From an uncultured Gammaproteobacteria bacterium (GTDB taxonomy: Bacteria > Patescibacteriota > Microgenomatia > Daviesbacterales > UBA10151), in NCBI GenBank assembly GCA_964422835.1, contig CAYRCR010000001.1:22030-86029 (forward strand): a DNA stretch of 64,000 nt. The letters run 5' to 3'. Below are positions 47,697 to 57,612 of this stretch, in pieces (position 1 is the first letter of the stretch; each line of letters begins with the position of its first letter). Below the pieces are notes generated by a model. That model was given only the letters and a program-made list of their open reading frames with translations. It was not told the origin of the DNA and ran no database searches. A program made the translations under genes and the position numbers.

Positions 47697-48044
47697 ATGA
47701 ATGCATCGCAATTTATATTGTCATCTATTATTATTTTCATAATATTTAAAACGCTAAAAAGTTTCAAAAGAGGTAATTTATCCAAAATCTTCACAATTAT
47801 TTGGTTATTCTTTTGGATAATTATTTTATTCCTTATTTTTCAACAAGGTATTTTGACGGGAATCGCCAACCTAATCGGTATAGGCCGGGGAGTAGATTTA
47901 GCCATTTACTTATCAATCATAATAATTTTTTATTTAATATATAAAATACTTGAACACCAAAACAATATCGACCAAAAAATTACCGAGATTATTAGGGAAA
48001 ATGCGATTTTACACCCTAAAAGTACTACAAAAGCTCGTAAATAA
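47697..48044 (+). CDS. DUF2304 family (GacJ-like) small membrane partner of the polyprenol-P-sugar synthase
   Basis: 3 TM helices, ANLIGIGRGVDLAIY and a C-terminal coil (KITEIIRENAI). Directly follows the DPM1-like GT2. Confidence 0.88.
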   Translation: MNASQFILSSIIIFIIFKTLKSFKRGNLSKIFTIIWLFFWIIILFLIFQQGILTGIANLIGIGRGVDLAIYLSIIIIFYLIYKILEHQNNIDQKITEIIRENAILHPKSTTKARK

Positions 48045-49620
48045 TTATTTTGCTTTTCCCTCTTTCAGAGGAATATATTTTATTAAGTTCTGGAATTATT
48101 GTTTCATTGTCCATTAAAATATTCAGGTTTTCATCATTTGCCAGCTCTAAATCCCAAGCTAGGATATAATCAACATTGTTAATTTTAGCATAATCCAAAA
48201 GTTTCGGTAAAGATACTTGCGGCATATAAATTGTTTCCCCTTCCGTATAAAACTCTACCCCCTCGTGTCTCATCATTATTTTTAGGTTTTTATGGGGAAT
48301 GTTTTCTTTAATCCAATCGCTTACTTCAATAATCTCCTTATTTTCATGAATTGACGTTAACTTATCGGCATATTGATATGGTTCTGTTATATTTTTTAAG
48401 GACATCGAGGGAAGAAGGAGGGTGGTTAAAAATGGCACCAGAGCCGCAATTTTAGCAAATCTCGGAAAATACAAAAAAATATTATAAAACCCCAAATAAA
48501 ATAAATAAAGTAAAAAAGGGAATGACCAAAGAAGATATCGGATGTCAAATGTAGGTGTTGAAAAAATGATTACAGGAATAGAGATGCACATAATAGAAAA
48601 GAGATATATAAGTGGAATAAACATCTTTTTTCTAATTGCCCCAAAAAGGCCTATGACAGTAAGAGGCCAAAACCATAATGGAAATATAGATAAATATATT
48701 TTTTCCCAGTGCAGTAATTTCCGGTTAAATGAATTTAAATAAATATAAAATCTATTTAACATAATGCTCGCACCATTTTTGAAATATGGGGATTTATAGT
48801 TGGGGAATTTAGCAGACGCTACTTCTTGAGCCCATGTTTTACCATTTGAGCGAAGCTCAAAAACCTGGCCTTGCTGCATTTGGGCTGAAAACTTTTGCGA
48901 AAGTGTCCATTCCCCAAGCTGAATTCTTAAAGCTATTGTATAAGGAGAAATAACGGCTAGGAATATAGCCGCGCAGATTAAGATCGTCCGCAATTTCCTG
49001 CTAATTATTTTTTTATTCGAGGAGTATTGAAAAATCCAGTAACCAAGAAGGAATATGACAGTAAGAGAGAAGAACATCAAACCCTCTGATCTCGTCAAAA
49101 AACTTAAGCCAAATATTAGTGAACTAGCCATCAAATTTCTTTCAATATGCTTTTGGGAGAAAAGAGCCAGAAAAATAAGAACAACCGCAGAAGTAATCAA
49201 AAAAATAAATAAGGCATCGGATAAAGCAATAAAAGTTACATCCATCAAAGGCACAAACATAAGAAGACTTAGACAAAAAAGGAAGGCATGAAATTTTGTT
49301 AAGCTCTCTTTCACCAAAAAATAAAATGGGATTAATAAAATGGACGCGGAAATAAACGAAATTGACCGCAGTGATAATTCCCATGTTGGTATTATGAAGT
49401 GAATCAGTGCGGAAACTGCCGGGAACAATGGAGGCCAGGTTGGATGAAAAAAATATGCAAACTGTCCCCTTGATAAAGCTTTCGCTAAACTGGCGTAAAC
49501 GGCATCGTCGGAATAGAAAGTATAACCAGAATTCAAAAGGATAATAAGCCGCGAAGCAATTATTAAAGTAGTAGCCAAGAAAAGAACGATGAATAAAATG
49601 TTTATTTTTATTTTGAACAT
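48025..49620 (-). CDS. GT-C (ArnT/PMT_2-like) membrane glycosyltransferase
   Basis: FYSDDAVYASLA, TWPPLFP, ALSDALF, FLTRSEG and DIRYL. Start moved to ATG 49620. Confidence 0.85.
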   Translation of the reverse strand: MFKIKINILFIVLFLATTLIIASRLIILLNSGYTFYSDDAVYASLAKALSRGQFAYFFHPTWPPLFPAVSALIHFIIPTWELSLRSISFISASILLIPFYFLVKESLTKFHAFLFCLSLLMFVPLMDVTFIALSDALFIFLITSAVVLIFLALFSQKHIERNLMASSLIFGLSFLTRSEGLMFFSLTVIFLLGYWIFQYSSNKKIISRKLRTILICAAIFLAVISPYTIALRIQLGEWTLSQKFSAQMQQGQVFELRSNGKTWAQEVASAKFPNYKSPYFKNGASIMLNRFYIYLNSFNRKLLHWEKIYLSIFPLWFWPLTVIGLFGAIRKKMFIPLIYLFSIMCISIPVIIFSTPTFDIRYLLWSFPFLLYLFYLGFYNIFLYFPRFAKIAALVPFLTTLLLPSMSLKNITEPYQYADKLTSIHENKEIIEVSDWIKENIPHKNLKIMMRHEGVEFYTEGETIYMPQVSLPKLLDYAKINNVDYILAWDLELANDENLNILMDNETIIPELNKIYSSERGKSKIIIYELL

Positions 49621-49636
49621 ATGAGTCTTTATTTTT

Positions 49637-51343
49637 TTATAGTAATTTCCTGGTTTCAGAACTGGTATCATGAAGTCCATCTTCAAAATATACAAATGTA
49701 AAAACATCATCTGGTGTTAGGCCTGGATTTTGTTTCAGCAAATCCGGGATTTCATCTATCGTCTGGGGTAAAATAATATTATCTTGATTGGTATAATAAT
49801 GAACAGCAAAAGCTACCTCTGACCCGAAATAACCTACTCTTGAGGCATCCCCCACTGCAAAATCCAACTTCTGATTTGCCCCCTTCATGAAGATTACTTT
49901 CTTTGATTTAATTTCAGGTATATAAATTTTCAAGTCCTGAAAAATTTTTTTGGAATGCCTGCTATAATCATTAACAAAAGTCTGCTGGCTCAAAAAGGAA
50001 GCTGTTAGGCGTAATGAAATAATTATTGCTATAAAACCAATAAATAAAAATTTGGCTATTATTCTTTTCGCATAAGTCCCCTGGAAATATTCCTGGGATA
50101 CAAAAATGATTGGCAATAGGGCGGGGACAAAGGAGGGTAAAAGAAGATAGCGATTATAACTTACTAAAACCCTTTCTGGTATCGAAATAAAAAAAATTGA
50201 GTTGATGCCAAAAATTGCTACCAAACTGAAAATTGATAAAAGTTTGTACTTGGACATATTCATAAAGATCCATAATAGCAAAAAAGATAAAAAGATCCCT
50301 CCATTAAAAATTGATGCCAAATCATATTTATAAATATTAATCCGAAAAAGAAGGATCGCCAAAAATACTGATAAAAGCAAAAACATAATTAATATTTTTC
50401 CAAATAACGCAAAATTATAAATTTTTGGTCTCAAAAGCTTTAAAATAAGAAGTGAAACCAAACTGACGATTAAAGCAGGCAAGCCCGAAAGGTAAAACCT
50501 TAATAAATTGAACTCACTTCCCGGTAAACCAAGTTTTCGATAGAATAATTCCTGAAAATCGGACGGGAAAATCATGTTCCAAAATGTTCCTAAAGGGTTT
50601 AATAAATATAAAGGGAAAAAATTTATGAGTAATCCCAAATAATTGCCCCCGGGGGGGATTTTGTAACCTAAAACCCACGATGACGGGTGAATAAAATACT
50701 GGACTAAAAAAATGGATATAAAGGAAAAACATCTAATAATCAACCCCCAATTCCATTTTCTCCATGAAATTACCAAATCCAAACTAATCAAAAAAATTAT
50801 TGACCCAGCAACTCTATGGGGTGCAATCTCCAATGTTAGGAAAAAGAATATTAGAGTAAATAGATAATAAATTTTCCTATGATTGTTGAGATATTTTAAA
50901 AAAAATAATAAAGTAATAAGCAGTACAATTAACGACATTATAGCGCTAAAACAATCCAGAGTCATTTTCATATCATCCTGGCCAATATACCCTACTGCAA
51001 AAATAAGTGTTGAGAAAAGGGCTATTTTTGAATCTTTGAATAAATTAGAGAGAAATTTAAATAGAAGTCCCGCAGCAAAGGCATATAGAATTATCACTGC
51101 CATAAAATAAATTTCAGTTCTCATTCCAAACATCCGCCATGCCAATAAGTCCAACAATTGGGTAATTTGATAAGGATAGGCAAACAATCCCTTTTGTAGT
51201 AAATCCGGGTGTTGCGCAAAATACAAGGCAGCGTAATCATCCCGCCAGAAATACATCTGGAGTAGTTGATGGTAAGACAAAAATACAACACCTGAAAGGA
51301 GTATATATGGAAACAGTTTCTTGCCAAATTGTAATATATTCAT
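49637..51343 (-). CDS. Putative GT-C membrane glycosyltransferase
   Basis: YFWRDDY after TM1, polytopic core and YNRYL. External C-terminal domain is similar to that of 62200..63999. Confidence 0.75.
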   Translation of the reverse strand: MNILQFGKKLFPYILLSGVVFLSYHQLLQMYFWRDDYAALYFAQHPDLLQKGLFAYPYQITQLLDLLAWRMFGMRTEIYFMAVIILYAFAAGLLFKFLSNLFKDSKIALFSTLIFAVGYIGQDDMKMTLDCFSAIMSLIVLLITLLFFLKYLNNHRKIYYLFTLIFFFLTLEIAPHRVAGSIIFLISLDLVISWRKWNWGLIIRCFSFISIFLVQYFIHPSSWVLGYKIPPGGNYLGLLINFFPLYLLNPLGTFWNMIFPSDFQELFYRKLGLPGSEFNLLRFYLSGLPALIVSLVSLLILKLLRPKIYNFALFGKILIMFLLLSVFLAILLFRINIYKYDLASIFNGGIFLSFLLLWIFMNMSKYKLLSIFSLVAIFGINSIFFISIPERVLVSYNRYLLLPSFVPALLPIIFVSQEYFQGTYAKRIIAKFLFIGFIAIIISLRLTASFLSQQTFVNDYSRHSKKIFQDLKIYIPEIKSKKVIFMKGANQKLDFAVGDASRVGYFGSEVAFAVHYYTNQDNIILPQTIDEIPDLLKQNPGLTPDDVFTFVYFEDGLHDTSSETRKLL

Positions 51344-53439
51344 TTTGTTTTATAGATATTAATTTCATTTATGACCCAAGGTGCATATTCGTGGTCACCA
51401 ATTTGTGTGATATTAACAAAACGGCTCTTGTAAGGGCTAAAATATAAATCTGTGCGGCCGTTTTTTGGGGGAAAAAGCTTCTCATAGAAGACTTCCTCCC
51501 ATATTTTCCCATCCTTGGAGAGTAAAACCTGATAGCCATTCCTATTTTGGTCTTTATTCCCCACGGAATTTATCTCAATTCGTGCAAGTTCGTAGATATT
51601 TCCCATATCTATGGTAAAATCCTGGGGATTTTCAATTGGCAGTTTCGAATCCCAAAAAGTGGTCTGTGAATTATCCAGCATCAGAAAAGAATCGTGATTA
51701 TTGCTTGAAGTTTCGATATTCCAGCCAACTTTTGGCATCACCTCTTTTTCTGCCAGAAAACTAACCAGTCGACCTCGAATTTGCAATGTGGTGTCCGTAA
51801 ACATCCCTTTCTCACCATCATAAGAAAAAGCAATTACAGAATCGGAAGAAATATAATTCTGCCTAATAGTCATACTCATCAAATTAAAATCACGAAAATA
51901 TCCAAATCCACGTCCCGCAAACTCTTTATAACCCTGATCGGTTAGATTCCAAAGAAACTCATTTTTAAAAAAATCCACTGTGAAATATTCAGTTGGATTG
52001 TAAATAATAAGAAGTAGTTGTCCGAACCCTGATTGAAAAGGCATTATTCTTTCATCTTCTGACGAGCCATAAAACGAAGAGTCACTATTAGTATAAAAAA
52101 TTGTTTTTTGTTGTAATTGTGGATATGAATTCACTATTTGACTGATAATTGATTTCCTTATTTGTCCAATTTCAACCAGCTTATCTACTGTTTTCCTCAA
52201 TGAAAATATATGGAAAGATAGCGCGACTGATAAAGCAAGAAGTCCTAAAATTTTAATTACCATTTTTTTAGTAGAGACTATCCATATTACTAATGACCCC
52301 ACGATTAAACTCAAACCCACTGTAGCCGGATAAAGGTATCTCGAATCCACATAGGTCAAATATCTATTGAGTACAAGAAGTGGTAAAATTGTAAATGAAA
52401 TAATTCCTACGCCCCAAAAAAGCAATTGTTTCACCTCAATCTTTCGGCTAACCCGCCATATTAAGGCTACAAACAGAAACCCTAAGGGAATTGTTAAAAG
52501 ATCATACCTAAAACCATTTTCAATTGTCCATGGCCCCCGCGCCAAGTATTGGTATATATTAAAGGGAGAAGTTGTCATATTAGATATATATACCAAGACT
52601 TCATTTGGGAAAAAAATCTGGGGAAAGATTTTAAAGATGGATGTGAGGAAATTATACCCAAGGATTAAAACACGATCATCCCCGGATTGGATGCCCGAAA
52701 CCTGGGCAACTCTTACATTAAATAAAAGATACGCAAACCGAAATAGCGAATAGAGGGTTAGTACTAATACTATTGATACTGCACCAATAATCTTTAATCT
52801 AACTTTCTGGCTAAAAAGTATAATTAATCCCAAAGTTAACAAAAATGTTAATGCAGTCTCTTTAAAGAGTAGACTTATAAGCAATAAACTAAAAGTTAAT
52901 AATAAAAACTTGAATCTTTTTTTTTCAATATATAAAAGATACGAAACAAGCGACATTGAGCCAAATAATACTGAAAATTCTACCCCTTCAAAAGTGCCAA
53001 TCCAAGTAACTGCTTGGTAATGGCTACTATTGACTGCAAAAAAGATCGATCCTAGAAACGCTGGAAATTTTTTCTTTGTTAACATAAAAATTAGCAAATA
53101 AACAGAAACTGATACTAAAAAGTGGATAAAAACACTCACCATAAAATATGAAGCTGCGTTTAATACAAATAGCCGATACAAACTCATTTTAAAAATTAAG
53201 GATAGGGGGGCAAAGTGAAAAGGGAAATCGCTGATGAGCATATTTCCTAAAAACTCCATTCCCTTTAAAGACAAAAGAAAGTTATAATTTCCAAAACTAT
53301 GCCATTCATCCTGCTCAAAGTATGAATTCCAAAGCCCTAAATATGCAAGGATAGCACCTCCCAAAATAGTAAAAAGAATAATTAGAAAAGGTGCATCTTT
53401 TTGAATCCTTTGAAAGTTTTTCCAACTATTTTTGACCAT
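51340..53439 (-). CDS. Putative GT-C membrane glycosyltransferase with C-terminal F5/8 type C (discoidin/CBM32) domain
   Basis: YFEQDEW, HFAPLS, SLLFKE and DSRYLY. C-terminus has LDNSQTTFWDS...FTIDMG...SKDGKIW...SRFVNI...INEINIY. Confidence 0.82.
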   Translation of the reverse strand: MVKNSWKNFQRIQKDAPFLIILFTILGGAILAYLGLWNSYFEQDEWHSFGNYNFLLSLKGMEFLGNMLISDFPFHFAPLSLIFKMSLYRLFVLNAASYFMVSVFIHFLVSVSVYLLIFMLTKKKFPAFLGSIFFAVNSSHYQAVTWIGTFEGVEFSVLFGSMSLVSYLLYIEKKRFKFLLLTFSLLLISLLFKETALTFLLTLGLIILFSQKVRLKIIGAVSIVLVLTLYSLFRFAYLLFNVRVAQVSGIQSGDDRVLILGYNFLTSIFKIFPQIFFPNEVLVYISNMTTSPFNIYQYLARGPWTIENGFRYDLLTIPLGFLFVALIWRVSRKIEVKQLLFWGVGIISFTILPLLVLNRYLTYVDSRYLYPATVGLSLIVGSLVIWIVSTKKMVIKILGLLALSVALSFHIFSLRKTVDKLVEIGQIRKSIISQIVNSYPQLQQKTIFYTNSDSSFYGSSEDERIMPFQSGFGQLLLIIYNPTEYFTVDFFKNEFLWNLTDQGYKEFAGRGFGYFRDFNLMSMTIRQNYISSDSVIAFSYDGEKGMFTDTTLQIRGRLVSFLAEKEVMPKVGWNIETSSNNHDSFLMLDNSQTTFWDSKLPIENPQDFTIDMGNIYELARIEINSVGNKDQNRNGYQVLLSKDGKIWEEVFYEKLFPPKNGRTDLYFSPYKSRFVNITQIGDHEYAPWVINEINIYKTK

Positions 53440-55081
53440 TATGTGTTGATACCTCCAATTCCTCTCTTGCCTGCTTTGTATTATCTATGAGAGTTTTTGA
53501 TCCAGCCAGATAGATATAACTAATGACTGATGAGGAGGACAAGTTATTTTTTTTTACTGCTTCTTTCAGACGCTCCATGTTCCGGAAATAACCAAACCCC
53601 CTCTCCCCTTTCTCGAGATATCCTTCCTCTGTCAGTCTATACAGGTATTCAGATTCCTCAACTAATGGCTTTAGCGAAAGCTCTGATGGCAAATACCAAA
53701 CCATTAAAGTTCTCCCTAGATTCGTCTCAAATGGAAAAATCTTCTCGGACACTGGAAGCCCATAAAATGGAGTATCGCTAATCATAAAGAAAACTGCTTT
53801 TTGTGGCAAGTTTGGGTAATCTATTTTTATTTTAGATAAAATCTCCTTTCTCTCTGCACCCTGGGCAGTTGAAATACCAAGCTCTGACTTTAACCCAATA
53901 AAGTTTATCACTAAAAAGGGTAGGACAATAAGCGATATTAATAACTTTCTTCCATTTGAAATCAAATGTGCAGCCGAAACTAAAAAAACCGCGCTACCCA
54001 AAGAAGGTAGATAAATATTGCGTGAATCCACAATTGGTATACTTCCAGATCTACCTGGAGATAAAACATATATAAAACTATTTAAGACAACAAATAAAAA
54101 ACCGAAAATTAACGCTTTTACCACCATTCTATCTTTTGATTTCTTAACTAATAAAATTAGAAGAATTATTCCTGCAGCAAAGATAGTCCAGTCAACTACC
54201 TGCAGGGTAACATTTTCTACAAAGACATCAAAGGAGGTAGTGCCATACAAACCAGTTGAAGATAGTGGAAGCAATTTTGTAATTATCTTTGCTATCCTCA
54301 ACAGATCAATAGTGGGAATAAGTGATTGAGAAAATATCTTTGCAGGAAAAGATAATAAATTGTTTATGATATCAGCAAAAGATTGTGTTTCAAGAACAAC
54401 GCGGTCCTCAATGTTTGACTTTCCAAAAAATATCATTAAAAAACGGAAAAGAAAATAAAAGAAGCCCGCGAGGGCTATCTTTACATAGTTTGACCAATTT
54501 TTTTTAAGTTTTTGTTTGTCATATATATAAATCAAAAGGAATAAGAGTAAAATAAAAGCAACTGTTATTTCTTTAAATAAAAGAGAGATGAGAAAACTAG
54601 TAATAGCTAACCAAATTTTATTAAATTTAGAATTTATAAAAAAAATGAGAGCAAGGAGCCCGAAGATTGTTGATCCATGCGTATTTATATCCGCCGCGAT
54701 CCAGGATGTTGCCTGATATCCCGATGCCTCTACAGAAAAAAATAAACCTGCTAATAGACCCAAAAAATAACTTTTAAAGAGTTTTGAAAATAATATACAG
54801 GAAAGAAAGACAACGATAAGATGTGCAAAAATGCTTGATAGCGCATACCAAAAAAAATTAAGTTCATATACGGATAGATAAAGATGAAGGAGTAAATCTG
54901 TAAAAGGTGTGTAGTGGGAAATTGCAGGTTTAAAAACAGAGATTAGACTCTTATCTGAAGTAAGGAAGAACCCAAAAGCCCGCCATTCATCATGCTGGAA
55001 AAATCCTCCCGTAATTGGGAAATAAGCTACAAATGTAAAAATTAAGATTATAAAAAGTAAAGCAACATCAAATTTCTTCAT
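53426..55081 (-). CDS. Putative GT-C membrane glycosyltransferase; tandem paralog of 51340..53439 lacking the discoidin domain
   Basis: FFQHDEW, HYTPF, YQATSWI, SLLFKE, VDSRNIY and RGFGYFR. Confidence 0.8.
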   Translation of the reverse strand: MKKFDVALLFIILIFTFVAYFPITGGFFQHDEWRAFGFFLTSDKSLISVFKPAISHYTPFTDLLLHLYLSVYELNFFWYALSSIFAHLIVVFLSCILFSKLFKSYFLGLLAGLFFSVEASGYQATSWIAADINTHGSTIFGLLALIFFINSKFNKIWLAITSFLISLLFKEITVAFILLLFLLIYIYDKQKLKKNWSNYVKIALAGFFYFLFRFLMIFFGKSNIEDRVVLETQSFADIINNLLSFPAKIFSQSLIPTIDLLRIAKIITKLLPLSSTGLYGTTSFDVFVENVTLQVVDWTIFAAGIILLILLVKKSKDRMVVKALIFGFLFVVLNSFIYVLSPGRSGSIPIVDSRNIYLPSLGSAVFLVSAAHLISNGRKLLISLIVLPFLVINFIGLKSELGISTAQGAERKEILSKIKIDYPNLPQKAVFFMISDTPFYGLPVSEKIFPFETNLGRTLMVWYLPSELSLKPLVEESEYLYRLTEEGYLEKGERGFGYFRNMERLKEAVKKNNLSSSSVISYIYLAGSKTLIDNTKQAREELEVSTHNGQK

Positions 55082-55101
55082 ATCTTAAATAAGTCAAAAT
55101 G

Positions 55102-56127
55102 TTAAATTTTTGACAGGAGATTTTTTATAAGCTTTACAACAAAACCCCTCCCTTGAGGTCTAGACACAAAACCCCAGACTATTGCATCAGTTGTAGTCAT
55201 TGCAACAATAGGGTGCCATAAAAAGGCAGGGTCTCTATGTTTGATTGTACGTAACACTCCTCTGATTAATTCAGGAATAAACAAGTTTGCATATGCAACC
55301 CAAAAGAAAATCTTTAAGAGATCCTTTCTCTTTTTTGGATCAAACCACAAATAATATTTATGGTTCAAATTTGGAAGATAATCCCTTTCCAAATTTCTTA
55401 GTCTTTTTATAATCAACAATTTTAGATTTTCAGCATGATAATGCCTTATTTTTGCTAGGGGGACATAGGCAAAGAGTTGATGTCCAGCCCTCGCAACTAT
55501 CTCTATACTCTCTAAATCTATAAATGACTTATCTTTCCCAACTACTGTTTTTAAAAGTTCCTTCCGGCGGTATAAAATCCTCCCCATTGCAGGTATTTTC
55601 CCAGGGGTAAAATTGCAAAGGAAATATTTTTCCCTTTTTTCAATGACCGTACTTGCTATTGAAGGCGAAAAAAAAGCGTAGAGAGGATCCTGCATTAAGG
55701 GATGGTGTGCAATAAACCGCAAAAGAGAACTCTTAACTCGAGGTTTTGTCTCTATAGAAAACTCTTTAGTAAAACTTCCTATAATTTTTTTATCTTCCAA
55801 AAGAGGGTTTGCAAGTAATTCAAAAAAATTATTACAGCAGACTTCCATATCAGCATCAAACCAGTAAACTAAATCATTTTTTGCTGCATGCATTCCAATC
55901 CCTTTATTAAGTTCAATATCATGCGTTTTAACATTTAGAATCCGCGCTCCAAATTTTCGGGCTAACTTTTCACTATTATCATTTGATCCATCGTTTACCA
56001 CGATATATTCAATTTTATTTCTAGGATATGTTTGACTTTTTAAAGAATTAAAGAGTCTTTTTAAATTGTCCTCTTCATTAAAAACCGGAATAATTGCGGA
56101 AATACTAGGTAGCACTTTTTTAAGCAT
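55102..56127 (-). CDS. GT2 glycosyltransferase
   Basis: ISAIIPVFNEE, QTYP, VVNDGSNDNS and WFDADM, with a hydrophobic C-terminus. Confidence 0.9.
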   Translation of the reverse strand: MLKKVLPSISAIIPVFNEEDNLKRLFNSLKSQTYPRNKIEYIVVNDGSNDNSEKLARKFGARILNVKTHDIELNKGIGMHAAKNDLVYWFDADMEVCCNNFFELLANPLLEDKKIIGSFTKEFSIETKPRVKSSLLRFIAHHPLMQDPLYAFFSPSIASTVIEKREKYFLCNFTPGKIPAMGRILYRRKELLKTVVGKDKSFIDLESIEIVARAGHQLFAYVPLAKIRHYHAENLKLLIIKRLRNLERDYLPNLNHKYYLWFDPKKRKDLLKIFFWVAYANLFIPELIRGVLRTIKHRDPAFLWHPIVAMTTTDAIVWGFVSRPQGRGFVVKLIKNLLSKI

Positions 56128-56129
56128 AA

Positions 56130-56139
56130 TGCTATTATA
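56130..56139. promoter_or_regulatory. Overlapping divergent -10 elements
   Basis: Minus-strand TATAAT at 56134-56139 is 6 nt from ATG 56127. It overlaps plus-strand TG-C-TATTAT at 56130-56138. Confidence 0.55.
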
Positions 56140-56160
56140 TCTCTAACCTTTAAAGGCAGT

Positions 56161-57612
56161 ATGAAAGTTCATTTTATTATCCCTTCTAACACAGAAAAAG
56201 GCAAGCGAGAAGTTTTAGATAAAATATTTGGATGCCACTATGGTTATTTTCCACAACACAATATTTTTACACTAGGTCTTACCGCAGTAATAAAAAAAAT
56301 GGGTTATGAAGTTGAGATGTCAGATTGTGCAATTGAAAAAATAACTTTAAACGATGCTCTGGAAAGAGGAGGGGATGTTTTTATATTTTATTCAGTTTTC
56401 TTAAGTAGGGAAATTGATCTTTGGGCTGCAGACCAAATCAAAAAAAAGCTTGGTAAAAAATGGATGATCTTTTTAGGTAATGATCCTGTTTTCTTTTCGG
56501 ATAAATATCTGATTTCGCAAAATCATATTTTAATCCGTGGTGAACCTGAAGAAACAATTGTTGATTTATTAAAAGAATTAGAAAAAAATAAACCTGTTTT
56601 TAAAAAAGTAAAGGGAATCAGTTGGGTAAGCAGAGGGAAAGTTATTCACAATACTCCAAGAAAATATATCGAAGATCTTGATAAGTTACCTCTTCCCGAC
56701 CGAATGATTCTTAAAAAACCATTGGAGTACTCAAATGCCCGTTTTTCTAAATTTCCCTCTACAACCATGTATACGTCCAGGGGCTGTGCATACAACTGTC
56801 TATTCTGCTTCCCAAACTCCTTTAGTTTTGCCAGAGAGTTGGAATGGAAAAATGTCCATAAGGTTAAACCTCCAGTAAGAGTTAGATCCTCAAGAAGTGT
56901 CATTAAAGAATTTGAGCAAATACATAAACAGGGTTTCCGCTCTGTTTCAATAGTTGATGATCAGTTTCTTTGGGATAGAAGAAGAACAGAAGAAATCTTT
57001 AAAGGAGTCAAAAAATTAAACATGGAAATTTCGATTCTGGCCCGTTGTGATAGGATAACTGACTATCCTCTAGTTAAAATGATGTTTGACGCAGGAGTAA
57101 GACATATTGCTTTTGGAGTAGAATCTTTTAACCAATCAATACTTAACTACATTAGAAAGGATTTAAAGGTAGAAACTATTGCCAAAGCAATAAAATGGTG
57201 CAAAAAAGCAGGTATAAAACCGGAAATTAATATAATTTTGGGAAGCTGCCCGTTGGAAACAAAAGAAACAATTGCCAATACAATAAACGAAGTTGAAAAA
57301 TTAAATGTTGATATAATTCATCTAAACATTATCGCCCCTTTCCCTGGTACGGATTATGCCAAACTTGCTAAGGAAAAAGGATGGATGACAGTAGATGAAT
57401 ATATACCGATTGACCCTGCTGCCCAAAGTTTAATCTCATATCCACATTTAACTGATAAGGATTTAGTCAAAGCAGTAAAGGGATTTATTTTTAAACATTA
57501 CTTTTCGCCTAAATATATCCTTAGAAATATCTCCAAAGTTAAATCACCAAACGAACTTTGGAACAAGATAAAAGCAGGTGTCTATGAATTTAAACTTCTT
57601 TTAATAAAATGA
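56161..57612 (+). CDS. Cobalamin-binding-domain radical SAM enzyme
   Basis: N-terminal B12-binding-like domain (IRGEPE, DLDKLPLPDR), TSRGCAYNCLFC (CxxxCxxC), VDDQF, FGVES and PFPGT. Confidence 0.9.
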   Translation: MKVHFIIPSNTEKGKREVLDKIFGCHYGYFPQHNIFTLGLTAVIKKMGYEVEMSDCAIEKITLNDALERGGDVFIFYSVFLSREIDLWAADQIKKKLGKKWMIFLGNDPVFFSDKYLISQNHILIRGEPEETIVDLLKELEKNKPVFKKVKGISWVSRGKVIHNTPRKYIEDLDKLPLPDRMILKKPLEYSNARFSKFPSTTMYTSRGCAYNCLFCFPNSFSFARELEWKNVHKVKPPVRVRSSRSVIKEFEQIHKQGFRSVSIVDDQFLWDRRRTEEIFKGVKKLNMEISILARCDRITDYPLVKMMFDAGVRHIAFGVESFNQSILNYIRKDLKVETIAKAIKWCKKAGIKPEINIILGSCPLETKETIANTINEVEKLNVDIIHLNIIAPFPGTDYAKLAKEKGWMTVDEYIPIDPAAQSLISYPHLTDKDLVKAVKGFIFKHYFSPKYILRNISKVKSPNELWNKIKAGVYEFKLLLIK

